Shown: piece by piece, positions 10,352-23,931 of the stretch | Layout of the letters: each line of letters begins with the position of its first letter | Numbering within the stretch: position 1 is the stretch's first letter | Assembly (NCBI GenBank): GCA_016618085.1 | Contig: JABLTG010000107.1 | Location: 1 to 64,000, forward strand | Direction of reading: 5' to 3' | Origin: Neovahlkampfia damariscottae | Taxonomy: Eukaryota | DNA length: 64,000 nucleotides | Notes under the pieces: generated by a model | Databases searched by the model: none | Told to the model about the DNA's origin: nothing | What the model saw: only the letters and a program-made list of their open reading frames with translations | Made by a program: the position numbers and the translations under genes

Positions 10352-12464
10352 TTATTTTTTTTTATTTATTTCATGCAATTTATCAAAAACAACAGATGTA
10401 CTTTCACCACCAAATAATTCTGTAATAGATTTTCTTCTTCCACTTTTTGAAACAAATATTTGAGCAATATTTTCTGTAATTGATTTTCTTTTTTTTATTC
10501 TTGAATTAAATTTTGGTTCACTTGATTTTTTATTTTCTTCAAAGACAAAATTACCAAATGCACTACTATTCTTTTCATCATTCACTTTTCTTGGACTGGT
10601 AATTACACGTCTTTTAAATGATGTATTATTTGAAGATGTATCATTCTGATCAGTTTGATCAAATAAATTTAAACTTGATTCACCATTACTATCATGACTT
10701 GTTGATAATTTTCTTTGACTACTATTTCTTCTAAAAGATTGATAAACTTTCATACTTTTTTCAAATGGTTTTAATTTTGGGATTGGTCTATTTTTCATTT
10801 CTTTTAAAGTTAAATTTCTAATCTCTTCAAATATTTCTGATTCAAAACATGGACAAATTGATATTTCAATATCATCAATATCTTTTAAAGGATATAGTGA
10901 TATATCATTATCAAATAAAGATCTTATCCAAAAGGCTAAATCAATTGAAATAAATACTAAATAATCATGTGGATAAGATTCACTAAAATCAATTTCTTCT
11001 TCTAACATAATTAACATTTTATCATCATGATCTGAATGTATTTTAATTTCAGGTAAAAATGAAAATCCAAATTTATTTTCAAATTCAACAATATAATCAG
11101 TTGGATAAAAACAAGCACCCGCATCACCATGTTCTTTAATTTCATTCATAAATGAAAAAAGAGATCCTTTGAATTTTATAGGTACTTTAAATAATTTTAA
11201 AGTTTCTTCAACAAATGTAAAAGAATTTCCTTGATTCTTTTTTAGATTTGGTTTAAAATTTGTATATGATACATTTATATTCCAATTTGTCACAATCTTT
11301 GAAATAATTTTTGATGATTCTTTCAAATTTGATTCAATTTTACAAAAGGATGGAATTTTCTTGAATATTTTCATCATTGAAGGATGAACTCTTTTTGGTA
11401 CACATAATGAACTTGATGTAAATTCTAAATACCATGGTCCAATTAATAATCCACATGAGAATTTTCCAATTTTATCTTTTTCTATTTTTGGTATTGAATC
11501 AATGATTGGTGATAATGATGAAACAATTCCAAGTGATTTCTTATTAAATATCATTTCAGATAAAATTAATTTAATTTCATCAATTTCTTCATTATCTTCT
11601 TTTTCAATATTTAAATAATTTGAAAGAATTGAATTTTCATTACATAATGAATATATTTCTTCTTCTTTATCACTGAATATTTTTTCAACTTCTGAATCCA
11701 TTTTATCATAAAACATATCAAATTTTAATTTTAAACGATATTTTGATGTATCAAATACTGAATTTTGAACTAATTTTTTGATTTCTTCTTGAATAAAAAT
11801 TGAATGGTCTTTTTCAACACCAATACTTTGAAGTTTTTCAGCATTCATTTTGAGCAAAGTAATACCATTAATATCATTTTGAAAGAATATTTCTTCATAA
11901 ATTGAAAATTGAGTATTATTTTGAAAAAGGTATCCTAACCAGAGTAATACTTGATTCACGTCCCATTTCCTTGCATCTTTCATGTAAAAATATAATTAAT
12001 CTTACTCATTGACGATAATTTGGTTTGAAATGTATTATATTCTGGAATTTGTTCTTTGGAATCATAATATTGAAGTACTTCTATAAATTTAATGTACATT
12101 TGATGTTGATTGAAGCTAATATAAAATTTATAATCCTCCAAGTACACGCATAGATTTGAATGATTCTATTATAAAATGTAAACAAAGAAATTGAAATTAC
12201 CAATATTTTCTGAAACTTCAAAGGTTTTTCTGGCAAATATATGATTTCTACTGATTTTTTCTTTTAAAGGAATATTAAAAGAAACAAAGAAACACCTACT
12301 ACATTTTCTACAATAATTAAGGTTCCATCATCTTTTACTTTCAAAATAGCGCTTTTGAAATTTTTGAGATTTCCATCAGACTTCAATATACTACCTTCCA
12401 AGGATATATCAAGTGGTTTCAGTTTTTCCAGAGCCTTTGAGGCGTTGCTAATGATGGAGGTCAT
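10352..12464 (-). CDS. Multidomain protein: PH-like N-terminus, SAM domain, papain/PPPDE-like domain lacking catalytic residues, 3 introns
   Basis: ATG 12464 splices into WDVNQVLLWL...NDINGITLL (SAM); LLIGPWYLEFTSSSLCVP...NWN...GNSFTFVEE. Confidence 0.65.
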
Positions 12465-12707
12465 GTCACAATTCAAGTGGATCCGTTAACCAATCATCAT
12501 AAAGAACAATTGAATTTGAAGAAAAAAATAGAAGGAATCATTTGTAAAGAAAAAATGGATTTTGATTTTCCTTTCAATCCTTCAATCAGTATAATTTGGA
12601 AAATCTGTTGTTTTCATCCATAAAAATCTCTAAAAATTCCACCAATCACATTTTTGTTTATCTTTTTTTACTTTGATCGTAACAGACAACAAACACAGTA
12701 ATTTAAG

Positions 12708-13296
12708 ATGGGAAAAAAAGAAAAGAATATGACTTGGTCTGAATGGTTCAGTTATCAATGGTAAAATTATTGGTTTCCTTTTATTTTTAAGGAAAACTGC
12801 TCCTTATCGTATTATTTCGATAGTCTTTGTAGCTGTTACTCTTGCTTTATATATTTTACAAGTAGCACTTATGTTTGGTTTGTTTGAATTTTGGAAATCA
12901 CCTATGGTTATTCTTTATTGTTCACCTGTATTTATTGCTCCACCGTTATTATGTCTTGCGATTGGGCTCAGTTTTTGGAAACGCCTCATTTCTATGTGCG
13001 CACATTTTGTTGTTTCTGTTGTTAATTTAGGAGCTGCTGCTCTTTTAATTTATCTCAATTACTCACAAGCAACAGTTGCTTCAAAAGTTTCAAGACTTCC
13101 AGTTGTTGGTAATTATATTATTTTTGGTTTGGTGATGGTGAGTTTTTCTTTTTAATTAAATTTTGAATAGCTTTTGGCTTCAGTTGGATCAATCGTTTTA
13201 GGAGTTGATGATTGTCTCTGGTATATCAGATGGAGAAGAGGTGTTCATGATTATCAAAAATTGGATACAGAAACTGAAGAAGATGATCTTTTTTAA
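12708..13296 (+). CDS. Small ~4-TM membrane protein, 2 introns
   Basis: Three exons join in frame; four hydrophobic segments; acidic tail ending YQKLDTETEEDDLF. Confidence 0.7.
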
Positions 13297-13355
13297 ATAA
13301 AAATTAAAATTAAAAATTTTATTTCATTGGTCAACTTTTGAACAACCAGTGTTGA

Positions 13356-15458
13356 ATGACTCTACAAAACATTGATTCAGCAATAATTGTTGGATACTTT
13401 GTTGTAATTCTCACAGTTGGTTTATCTTCTTCTGTTATTTCTTTTTTTCAGAAAAATAAAAAAGAAGAAACTACCACCAAAGATTATTTTTTGGCTGGTA
13501 GAGACATGGAATGGTAAAATAAAACTAAAATATATTGATATAAGAAGGTGGGCTGTTGGTTGTAGTTTATTTGCTTCAAATATTGGTACCATTCTTTTTT
13601 TGAATTACTTTATGTTTAGGGTCAGAACATTTGATAGGACTTGGTAGGTTGATTTGAATTTCATTTTAAATATAAATAAGCTGGTACTGGTGCATCTGAA
13701 GGAATGGCTGTTGGTTATTTTGAATGGAGTGCAACTTTTATTCTTTTAATTCTTGGTTATATTTTTGTTCCTTTGTATATGAAATCAAAATTATATACAG
13801 TTCCTCAATTTATAGAAAAAAGATTTAGTAAAACGATAAGAACATATTTAGCTTCATTATCATTATTGATTTATGTATTTACAAAAATATCAGTAACTAT
13901 TTATACTGGGGGTTAGAAATTTAAAAACATTAATATTTTTTTAATAGCTATTGTATTTGAAGCGGTTTTAGGATGGTCTCTTTGGACTTCAGTTGCGATA
14001 ATTCTGACAACTTCTGCTTTCTACACTATTTTTGGTGGTTTAAAAGCTGTAATTTATACAGAATTATTACAAACTATAATATTAATACTTGGATCAATAG
14101 CTTTAATGATACTAAGGTAAATATTTCTAATTTTTTATTTGTAGTCTTCATGAAGTCGGAGGCTTTGGAGCAATAATGAAAAAGTCACCAGAAAAATTTC
14201 ATATTTGGAAACCTATAACTGATAAAGAATTTCCTTGGCTTGGATCATTACTCGGTATTCCAGTTTCTGGTTTTTATTATTGGTGCACTGATCAAGTAAT
14301 TGTTCAAAGAGTTTTAAGTGCTAAAAATCAAGGAAATGCTCAAACTGGATGTATCATGGCAGGATTCTTAAAATTAACTACAATGTTTACTATGGTTATT
14401 CCAGGGATTATTGCTTCACAATTATTTCCAAAAGGTAAACCAATCATTTTTTTGACAATCATTTTAAATAGAAATTGCACAAAACTCAAATCAAGCTTTT
14501 CCTTTACTTGTTGTTGAACTTTTACCAGTTGTTATTAAAGGTATAATGATTACAGCAATGTTATCAGGTAAAAATGAAATATTTTAATTTTTTAAAAAGC
14601 TGCAATGTCTTCTTTAGCAAGTGTATTTAATTCATCTTCAACATTATTTACGATGGATATTTGGTTACAAATTAGACCAAATTCAAAAGAAAAAGAATTA
14701 GTTTGGATTGGAAGAATATCTACTATAATAATAGCAGGATTGAGTGTTGCTTGGATACCTGTAATGAATATATTAAGTGATCAAATATTTATTTATATTC
14801 AAAAAGTATCATCATATTTACAGGTAATATACCTTTTTTTTAATTCAAATTATTAAAGCCACCTATTGCAGCTGTATTTTTTGTAAGATTGAATGATTAA
14901 TTATTTTATATACAGTTTGGTATATTCATAAAATATGCATCTACATTTTCTGCTATTTGTGGATTGATTTATGGATTAATATTTGGAATGATAAGATTCA
15001 TTTTGGAATTATTTTTTATTAGACAAAATTATACTAATCCAATTTTATGGTTTTTTGTTGATTTGAATTATTTAATTTTTGCATTCATTTTATTTTGGAC
15101 AACTATCTTTGTAATGATAATCACTACTATTTTGACTCCAAAAAGATTCAAACCAAAAGAAGAAAATCAAGAATTTTGTTTTGATTATTCTCCTTATTGG
15201 AAATTTATAAAATGTGAGAATGTATTTTGCAATCATTTATTCAAAAAAGAAGAAAATAAACAAGAAATTGAATCAAAAGAAAATGAACAAGATAATATTT
15301 CATCAACAATAGTAGTAGATGAAATTATTGTAGAAGAAAATAAAGAAATCAATGATAATCAAGAAATTCTGAAAGTTACACTATTTCATAAAATAGCTTC
15401 TTTAAACTCATTTTTACTACTTGGTACTGTAATATGTCTTTTAATCTATTTTGCATAA
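13356..15458 (+). CDS. Sodium:solute symporter (SLC5/SGLT-like), 9 introns
   Basis: DYFLAGRDM, SLFASNIGSEHLIGLAG, YWCTDQVIVQRVLSAK, MSSLASVFNSSSTLFTMD. Confidence 0.95.
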
Positions 15459-15508
15459 AATTTGTATTATCAAATGAACAGAGACAACTTGATTTTTTTG
15501 AACAACCA

Positions 15509-16936
15509 ATGAAATCACAAGTTTATCTTTTCTTGTTAACAATCATCACTTTGGTGGTGAGTAATCAAAACTATGAAGGCTATAAACTTTTTCAATTAAG
15601 ATTTAATAATCAAGAAGAAATTCAAAACTTTTTTGAAATTTTTAATCCAGACAAAAGTAAGAAAGAAATAAAAAATATTAAAAAATTAAAAATAGTTGAT
15701 ATTTGGTCAAATGATCAAAGAGTTACATTAGACAAAGAAATAGAAGTACTTTTAAATCCAAAACAATCAAAAAAACTTGAATTTTTCAAAAGTACTTTTC
15801 CTTTTAAAATTGTTTCAAATAATATTCAAGAAACTATTAATAAAAATCAAAGAGAAATGGAATTAATTGAATTAGAACAAAATAAAAAAATAAAAAAATT
15901 GAATTCAACTAAAGATATTTTCAACTTTATTTATTCAGAAGAATATTATAAAAATTATCATAAATATGAAGATATTATAAAATATGTTGGTAAGTGGTTC
16001 ATATGATTTCATTTTTTTTAAAAAAGATGGTCTTGTTGATAAATTTCCAAAACTTATAAAAAAGTTTATTTTAGGTGAAACTGTTGAAAAAAGACCAATT
16101 TATGGATATAGAATTAGAACAAAAAAAGGATTAAAAAAAAGATTTTGGATAAATTCACTTCAGTATTATATATTCTTTAGGGTTAACTAACTTTTTAAAG
16201 ACATGCACGTGAATGGATTACAGCACCAACAACACAATATATTATTTGGCAATTATTAGAAGGATATAAAAAAGATGAAAGAATTACAAAATATTTAAAT
16301 GAAATTGAAATTCATTATGTACCTGTATTAAATGTTGATGGTTTTATTTATACACATACAAATTCAAGATTATGGAGAAAAAATAGACGTGGTGGTTGGG
16401 GTGTAGATTTAAATAGAAATTGGAAAGCAGGATGGGGTGTAGGTTCATCAGATAATAGAAATTCACAAGTTTATAGAGGTACTCATGCATTATCAGAACC
16501 AGAAAATCAATCAGTTGATAAATATATAAAAAAGAAAGAAATTAAATATGGAATGGATTTTCATTGTTATTCAGAAGTACTTTTAAGGTAAATTACCTTT
16601 TATAATTTAATAAAAACAAGACCATGGGGAAAATCAAGAGATCCTTCACCAGATGAACAAAGATTAATGACAATTGGAAAATCAATTATTAATGCAATTC
16701 AAAAAGTTAATGGAAAAGTATATAGAAATTGGAGAGCTGCTCAATTAGGTTTAGGAAATGGTTTAGATGATGAATTTTATGAAACTCATAAATTCAATGC
16801 AGGATTTACACAAGAATTAAGACCATCAAGTTCATTTGGTGGTGGATTTCATTTACCTCCTGCTCAAATATTACCATGTGTAAAAGAAAATTTCAATGGA
16901 GTTTTAGACTTTTTTGAATATATTATTAAAAATTAA
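15509..16936 (+). CDS. Secreted M14 zinc carboxypeptidase with propeptide, 4 introns
   Basis: Signal peptide; QHAREW, LWRKNR, GVDLNRNW, DFHCYS, TQELRP. Confidence 0.93.
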
Positions 16937-16969
16937 ATTTTAATTGGTCAAATTATAACTTTTTTTTGA

Positions 16970-18187
16970 ATGAAGAATTTACCAAATGAAGTGTTAGTTG
17001 AAATATTATTTTATTCATCAACATATGACATATATTCTAATATACAATTCATTTCATCAAAATTTTATAAGATTTGTCAACATCAAGTATTTTATTCAAA
17101 AATACCAAGTGAACATAAAATACCAATTCAATTTATTTCAAAATATATGAATAAAATTGAAACACCAGAAGATTTATTTATTATAATGACATTATGGAAA
17201 GAAAGAAATCCAATTTATTTATATGAAGCAATTACAAGCAATAAGAAGTTTAATTTTAATACAAGTGTAACTTGGAGAGTAGATTTAATTAATTTAAAAG
17301 AATTAAAATCTATTCCTGAATTTAATATTTCTTATATACCAATTTCATCAACGAAAGCATTAAATGTTAAATTATATTTAAAAGAAGAAGATTTAAAAGA
17401 ATTAAAAATTAAAATTGAATTAAATTCAACCAATAATCCATTTCCATTTCATCATTTTTTTGAAGTTGAAGGAAATATTAAAAATACTAAAATTATTGAT
17501 GGAATAGTTTATGTTGATTTATTTGTTTCAAAAATTGATTTAGTTATTAATTTAGAAAATAAAATTAAACATTTACCAAAATATCAACCATTTCAAAATT
17601 TAAAATTTGAACATTTCTTTACAAGATATAAAGGTAAAATAATTGAATGGAATAGTTATATTGAATCTATTGAAGAAAATAAAATTAATTTAGATAATCC
17701 ACAAGTTACTTTATATTTAAATAATGATCATAATTTAATTGAAGGTGATTTTATTAATTATAAAGCTAGAATTGGTAATTTTTTATCTTTATATTCAATT
17801 GAATATCAAATTATTAAACCTGTTTCAATATTTGATTCAATTAAAAATGAAATTATTTTATCTACATTAGGAACTAGTTTTATTTATCTTTTATATTTTA
17901 TTAGAAAAAGAAATGTCTATGGTCCATTTTTATCTGAATTTTCATCTATTTTGGGTGTATTTGGTGTCATTTATTTTAATGTTTTATCTCCATCTCCAAT
18001 TTGGTTAAAATTATTAATTGATTCAATTACATTATCCGGAATTTATAAATATTGGGGTAATTTTCATAAATTTGGTTTATCAATTCTTTTATTTTTATTG
18101 TCTGGTGGTTTTGTTGCATTTAATTTATTTGAATTATTTGATAAATTAAAAAAAATAATCAAAAGAAAAGGGGAATCGAACAAATAA
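16970..18187 (+). CDS. F-box protein with C-terminal TM segments, intronless
   Basis: MKNLPNEVLVEILFY...ISSKFYKI F-box; hydrophobic C-terminus. Confidence 0.7.
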   Translation: MKNLPNEVLVEILFYSSTYDIYSNIQFISSKFYKICQHQVFYSKIPSEHKIPIQFISKYMNKIETPEDLFIIMTLWKERNPIYLYEAITSNKKFNFNTSVTWRVDLINLKELKSIPEFNISYIPISSTKALNVKLYLKEEDLKELKIKIELNSTNNPFPFHHFFEVEGNIKNTKIIDGIVYVDLFVSKIDLVINLENKIKHLPKYQPFQNLKFEHFFTRYKGKIIEWNSYIESIEENKINLDNPQVTLYLNNDHNLIEGDFINYKARIGNFLSLYSIEYQIIKPVSIFDSIKNEIILSTLGTSFIYLLYFIRKRNVYGPFLSEFSSILGVFGVIYFNVLSPSPIWLKLLIDSITLSGIYKYWGNFHKFGLSILLFLLSGGFVAFNLFELFDKLKKIIKRKGESNK

Positions 18188-18201
18188 AAATAAAAAAGAC
18201 T

Positions 18202-19130
18202 TCATTTCAAATTTTTATGTTGTTCAAATAATTCTTGTATTTTCTTTTCATCATTTTCAATATTCATTAAATCATATGGTATTCTTGAATACATTGACAT
18301 ATCAGGTTGCATTTTACCTGTTTGTGTTTTAACAATTCTAAATTCAAATTCTTTTAATTTTTCAATTTCATCCCAAGATTCAAATAATTTTGGTTCAGTT
18401 GGTTCACCAAATACATTAAAATCAATGATCCAAATTTTATTTTTTGTTGAAATATAAACATCAACAATATCTTATTATTTAGAATTTATTTTAATTTTTA
18501 CAATTTTTTAATTCAAATTTATTTTTTATTTCATCTTTAAAGAATTGTTTAATTTTATTTTCAATTTCATCTTTTTTTTCAATTAAATGTTTATAAAAAG
18601 TTAAACAATTTCTTTGAGATATACATATTAAATCATTATTTTTAATAAATAATCTAAATTCCATATCAGAATTCAAGTCATAATATTTTCTTAAAACTAA
18701 AACTGGTTTAATTTTTGAATCTTTCATTTGTTTTAAATCTGAATAAATCAAGTCTGAACTCTTTAAAAGAAGTAATACTTCTTCTATTTTCTTACATTTT
18801 ACTTGATTTGCAAAAATAATCCAAGTAGCATCCTTTTTTGGAAGAGTTAGAATAAATATTGAATACTCTAGGTGAACTCCAATTTAATTTTGGAAATATT
18901 TCTCCATATTTTTTAATAGATTTATTAATGAACTCTTGTTCTTTTTCAAATCTTATTTTTTCGTCTTTTTTTTCAAAATTTATATCGTCGACACAAGAAG
19001 GTAGAACTATACTCTCCTCATTCAAAAAATCAATAAAATCATCTGATAAAGTGATATATTCACTATTTATTGTTCTTTTTGAAAATGTTTCATACCAATT
19101 CTCAAACGAACAACTCATCCATTCTTCCAT
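18202..19130 (-). CDS. CDC123: Cdc123 (D123) eIF2 assembly factor, 2 introns
   Basis: CSFENWY, FPKLNWSSPR|DATWI, LLKSSD, EFRLFIK...ISQR, WIIDFNVF. Confidence 0.95.
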
Positions 19131-19204
19131 TTTTTTTTTACAAAAGTTGATTGGATAACAAAAAATTCATTTCAAAGTTGAAATAAAACATTTATGTTTA
19201 AAAT

Positions 19205-19924
19205 TTACAATAGAATATAAGATGATAATATTGTTTCAATTTCATTTTTAGAGTAGTCTAAGAATTCCATTTGTGTTTTTATCATTAAGATTGTATCATT
19301 GATTTCAATCAAAACATCATAAATTTGTCCTTTTCTCAAATAAGTTGGAAATGTTGATTTTTCAATTTCTTCAAAATTTAATTTTCCAACAAAGTTTGTT
19401 TTAAACATTTCAACTAATTCATTCGAAATATCAGGTGCTCCAACAGCAATAAAAATATTATCAAAATCAATAACAACAGTAAAATGGATTTCACCACTAA
19501 GTGTACAAAAGTAAAAATCTGTTTGATTTTTAACTTCTGGTAATATAAATGCTTCAATTATTGATTGATATTGTTTATTTGGAAATGAAGAAACTATTTT
19601 GTCACCCTTATATATGAATATATTTTGAAGTATCAAACTTTTTAAATTTTTGTTATTAAATGAATGAAATTGATCATAAATATCATCATAAAGAGCTTTT
19701 TTTTCTTCTTCTGTGATATTTTTTGAAACATAATCTTTGATTTTGTTCAAAGTGGTTTTAAACTTTTTCAAATATTCATCAAGGTATTGAATGAGACTAA
19801 CAGATACATATTTTTGATATTCTTCATACTCTTCATTTGGGTTTTTATGTGAGTGAACTATCAATTTATGGTCTACTTTTAAATCAAAGTCATCATGAGA
19901 ATCGGAAGAGTTGCTTGTGAACAT
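19205..19924 (-). CDS. Hypothetical protein
   Basis: Long open frame; ATG 19924 chosen because a CCAAT box lies 17 nt upstream. Confidence 0.6.
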   Translation of the reverse strand: MFTSNSSDSHDDFDLKVDHKLIVHSHKNPNEEYEEYQKYVSVSLIQYLDEYLKKFKTTLNKIKDYVSKNITEEEKKALYDDIYDQFHSFNNKNLKSLILQNIFIYKGDKIVSSFPNKQYQSIIEAFILPEVKNQTDFYFCTLSGEIHFTVVIDFDNIFIAVGAPDISNELVEMFKTNFVGKLNFEEIEKSTFPTYLRKGQIYDVLIEINDTILMIKTQMEFLDYSKNEIETILSSYILL

Positions 19925-20293
19925 TTTTAAAACAGAAATTGATTGGTGGAAAAATAAGCTCCAGTCAAATTTAAACGAAAAAATGAACAAGTTCAAAAAA
20001 AACGAAAACAATATTAGTACTTTGGTGAAAGAAGACAGTCAAGGGTTTGAAATTAAACTTTTCGGATTGAAAAAAAAAGTATCAGTGAAGTTGAAACTTT
20101 TCTTTATATATTTAAGTTTGGGCAATAACCGAGTGTTTTAATCTTTGACATTTTCTTTCAGGAAAAATAAAAATTCCTTTACTAGGGTTTTTTTGATCCA
20201 ATAAAGAAATGCCACAGAAATAGGAAAATTCTTGTCAGAAATAAGAATTTTGTTTTCCAATCAGAATTCACTTTTAAACAAAAACAAAAAAAC

Positions 20294-20635
20294 ATGAACA
20301 TCCAACATTTCATCTCTCTGTTGAAGAAAGAAGGTACTGAACTAAAGCTAGAATATGAAGATCACAGATTTTGTGTTGTGATACCCTCTAACTTAAAACT
20401 CTCTGCTTCTCATTTGAATGTATACTACAACTCACCAACAAAACATAAAGAATTTTATTTATTGACCAAATCCAAAATACAAGGTCAATTGATTGATGTA
20501 TATCTTCCTTTCAAGTCACAAAAATTTGATCCTGACTTTGGATCAAGTTTTTCTTTGATGTTCAGTGTTGGAGAAGAAACAGTGCAATCACCAGAATTTC
20601 TGTTCAAACATGCTTCGTCAAATTTTGAAGGATAA
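20294..20635 (+). CDS. Small hypothetical protein
   Basis: 113-aa ORF with A-rich leader, CCAAT at 20257-20261 and AATAAA after the stop. Confidence 0.55.
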   Translation: MNIQHFISLLKKEGTELKLEYEDHRFCVVIPSNLKLSASHLNVYYNSPTKHKEFYLLTKSKIQGQLIDVYLPFKSQKFDPDFGSSFSLMFSVGEETVQSPEFLFKHASSNFEG

Positions 20636-20681
20636 ATTTCGAAATAAAAGCAATTTTATCATCCAATAGAACAACAAGAAT

Positions 20682-21209
20682 TTATTGAACAAATTTTTGA
20701 CACCTTGTTTCTTTATGATCATTATTACATTTTATAGAACAATATTTCAAAGAGCAATTTGGGCAAGTATATTTGCTTATTTTTCCACAAACAGAACAAA
20801 ATTTTCTTGATGGAAACATTGAAGGTTTGGCATTACAACGATAATATAAAGGTTCTATTTCTTCATTTGTTGTTGTCATTAAATCTTCATTAATGTCTTC
20901 AGTCATAACAGAATCTAGTGCACGTCGAACTTGAAATTTTTCTTCTTTTCTTTTCCTTTTTTTATATTCAATTGTAAATGATTCTCTATTTGCGTTGTCA
21001 GATTCAAGTTGATCAATTCTTTTTTTTAATTCATAATTCTCTTCTCCTTGATTTTTTATTTTTGCTTTCGTTTTTCCAGTTCCGCCACTTCTGGCTGGTG
21101 TACTTCTCAATGACCTTGAACTTCTTGAAACTGAAGGAGTAATCATTATATTTGGATCTTCATATTCTGTTTCAACATCATCATCATGACTTTTTCTTTT
21201 TTTACCCAT
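20682..21209 (-). CDS. ZNHIT1: HIT zinc-finger SWR1 subunit (Vps71/ZNHIT1/SWC6)
   Basis: RIDQLESDN; PSRKFCSVCG...YTCPNCSLKYCSIKCNNDHKETRC. Confidence 0.88.
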   Translation of the reverse strand: MGKKRKSHDDDVETEYEDPNIMITPSVSRSSRSLRSTPARSGGTGKTKAKIKNQGEENYELKKRIDQLESDNANRESFTIEYKKRKRKEEKFQVRRALDSVMTEDINEDLMTTTNEEIEPLYYRCNAKPSMFPSRKFCSVCGKISKYTCPNCSLKYCSIKCNNDHKETRCQKFVQ

Positions 21210-21246
21210 TTTTTTATTGGAAGAAAATAATTAAAAAAGTACAAAT

Positions 21247-22011
21247 TTAAGATTTTATTTGGTCATAAAGAAATGATGATTTATCCACTCTTGAAGGTAA
21301 TGCTCTTCCAAAACCTTTGAAGAATGGTTAAAAATAAATTTAATTACCAGGATAACTAATGACATAACCTCTACAATTTAAACTATACTGATAAGTTAAA
21401 ATTAAACTTTGTGCTCTTCTTTCAATATTGATTGATTTTTGCAAAGTCAGTATTTTTGTACTCCAACCCTAATGTTACTTTTAAAAAAATGAAAAAATAA
21501 ATACTTCAGCAAATGTTCTATTTTTGTATATAAGTGGTTGTCTTTCATAGACAAACGAAATTGGATTTTTATCATTTTTATCTGAATTTACAGAAAAATA
21601 AATTTGAATTTGATCAATTTCCAACTGCACAATACTAGGATTATAAATTTGTATTTCAACTTCTAAATTTAATTTTGGTTCAACAGGTGGATTTAACATT
21701 TTTATAGAAGCAATTCTAACAAAAGGTGTTTGTAAAAATAAATATTGTATCAAAAAAATAACTATTGAACTCAATAGAATAATATTACAAATTGAACTAC
21801 AACAATAACCCCATTTCCATGTATTAGTTTGTCTTAAATATGACATTGATTTCTCTTTGTTATCTATTTCACTTGATAATGATGCTTCATTCTCAAGAGT
21901 TGATAAATTGTCCATTGTCAAAACATTAGAAAAATATTTTTCGTCTTCTGATTCTGAAGTTTCATCTTCAAACTTTGTTACATCCACTTCATCCAATCTA
22001 TATTGTGACAT
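21247..22011 (-). CDS. Type II membrane protein with LEA_2-like domain, 2 introns
   Basis: TM segment then LNLEVEIQIYNPS; two further exons splice in frame to TAA at 21247. Confidence 0.6.
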
Positions 22012-22231
22012 TATTGTTCAACCTCAACTTGAGTTTTCTCGTTTTTTTTGTTTCTAAAATCGTTGACCAATAGAATTGGTTCAGTTTCCACTTTTTCTTT
22101 TGCAATGGAAGTCAACTGAAACCAAATGTTTGAATCAAGAATTTGTAAACCTTTTAATCAAAATTAGAAATTCTATTTTTATTCCACCAATTAAAAATAA
22201 TTCATTTCCTTTGAACAAAAAAAAAACACAA

Positions 22232-22754
22232 ATGTCCAATCCGTGCAAGAGAAGACTGTTGAGAGATTTTAAGTCAATGAAAACCGATGCTCCAAAAGGA
22301 ATTACAGGTGCTCCTAATAGTGACAACATTCAAAAATGGGATGCTGTAATTTTTGGGTACTTTTTTTTTTTTATAATTTAAACTTCAGACCAGAAGAATC
22401 TATTTGGGAAGGTGGTACTTTTAAGTTGAAAATAGAATTTTCCGACCAATATCCAAATAAACCACCAAAAGGTATCTTGAAATTAGTCTAATTCTTTCCT
22501 AAGTATCTTTTGTAACAAAATTATTCCATCCAAATGTCTATCAAGACGGTTCAATTTGTTTAGATATATTACAGAATCAGTGGAGTCCTATTTACGATGT
22601 AAGAGCTATCCTCACTTCAATTCAATCTCTTTTGACTGATCCAAATCCAAACTCTCCTGCAAATTCAGAAGCTGCAAGATTATACACTGAAAATAGACGT
22701 CAATATGAAAAAAAAGTCAAAGAAATGGTTGAAAAATCATGGGACGACAATTAA
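22232..22754 (+). CDS. UBC2: Ubiquitin-conjugating enzyme E2, Rad6/UBC2 type, 2 introns
   Basis: [59 protein letters not shown]. Confidence 0.96.
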
Positions 22755-22819
22755 ATAATACGTTTTTTGAAAAATATTTTATTTTTACAAAAAGTAAACT
22801 ATTAAATTGAGTTATGATA

Positions 22820-23861
22820 TTATTTCATTTCTAAACGTTTAATATCTGAAACTTTTTTTCCACAACGAAGACAATTAAATGATTCTTGAACCATTGAATC
22901 TTTCAGACAATAATAACAATAAATATGATTACAATTTGTTATATAAGGTATTTGAATCATATCATTACAAATTAAACATTTACCAATTGTTTCATCATTT
23001 TCTTGGTCAAAATTATCTTTACGTTTCAGTGGCAGAATTTTACTAAAAAGATTCCAAATTTTATCAACATTAATTAAAGGAAATATGAATAAAATAACTT
23101 CAGCAAATCCATTCCAAATTAATTCTCTGTTCATATAATCAAAACTAACATTTCTTGACATCAAAGGTCGATTGTAGACTAACCTCATTGAAGCAATTCT
23201 ATCAATGATATTTCTGTATCTTCCATTGAATAAAAACACTAAAAAGTTGAATAAAACTATTATCTTGAAATATTTGTCAATAAAATTCATTCCTTTCCAA
23301 ATTTTTTTTTTCCAACTGTCATTTTCTTGTGCCCCCCAATTTTCAGAAATAGATAATCTAGAAACTCTAGTCCAAATATAAGGTACCAAAATTAACAAAG
23401 AACCATGAATTATTTTTTGTAGGTTTGAAGGTGGTTTCGATTTCCTTTTTATGAGTCTTGTTTTTTATTCTTACTCCAGAGGTGTGAAAAAAAATGATTC
23501 ACATCTATATTTCAAGTTCTGTATAGAATCACCAAAGGAAGCATTAAAATCATATATTGAAAATTTGTAAATTAAAGAAGACAAAATTAAAGTTAATTCA
23601 GGTTGGAAAGATGAAATTACATTTGGCTTTGAAATATGATTAAAGAAACAAATATATTACATTAAAGAACATGAATATTCTTGAAAAGTACGCATTTAAA
23701 CGAAACTTTATCTCCATATCTAACAGTTCTGCGTCCAACTGATTCACTTTCAAAATATTCAAGGCTGGATGTGGAACTTCTATATTTTCTGTGTTTGTAG
23801 TTTTTACAGCATTGTTATAGTCTTTTAACCAAAATTTGTCTGAATCTGATGCAGCTTCCAT
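22820..23861 (-). CDS. PEX2: Peroxin 2, 2 introns
   Basis: KVNQLDAELLD, IQNLKY, NFLVFLFNGRYR, VSFDYMNRELIWNGF, C-terminal RING. Confidence 0.93.
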
Positions 23862-23931
23862 GGAAGAAAAGATTGAAAACAAAACAAATTTCAATTGGTC
23901 AACCAGTTCTTCAAGAAAAATTATCAGAATC

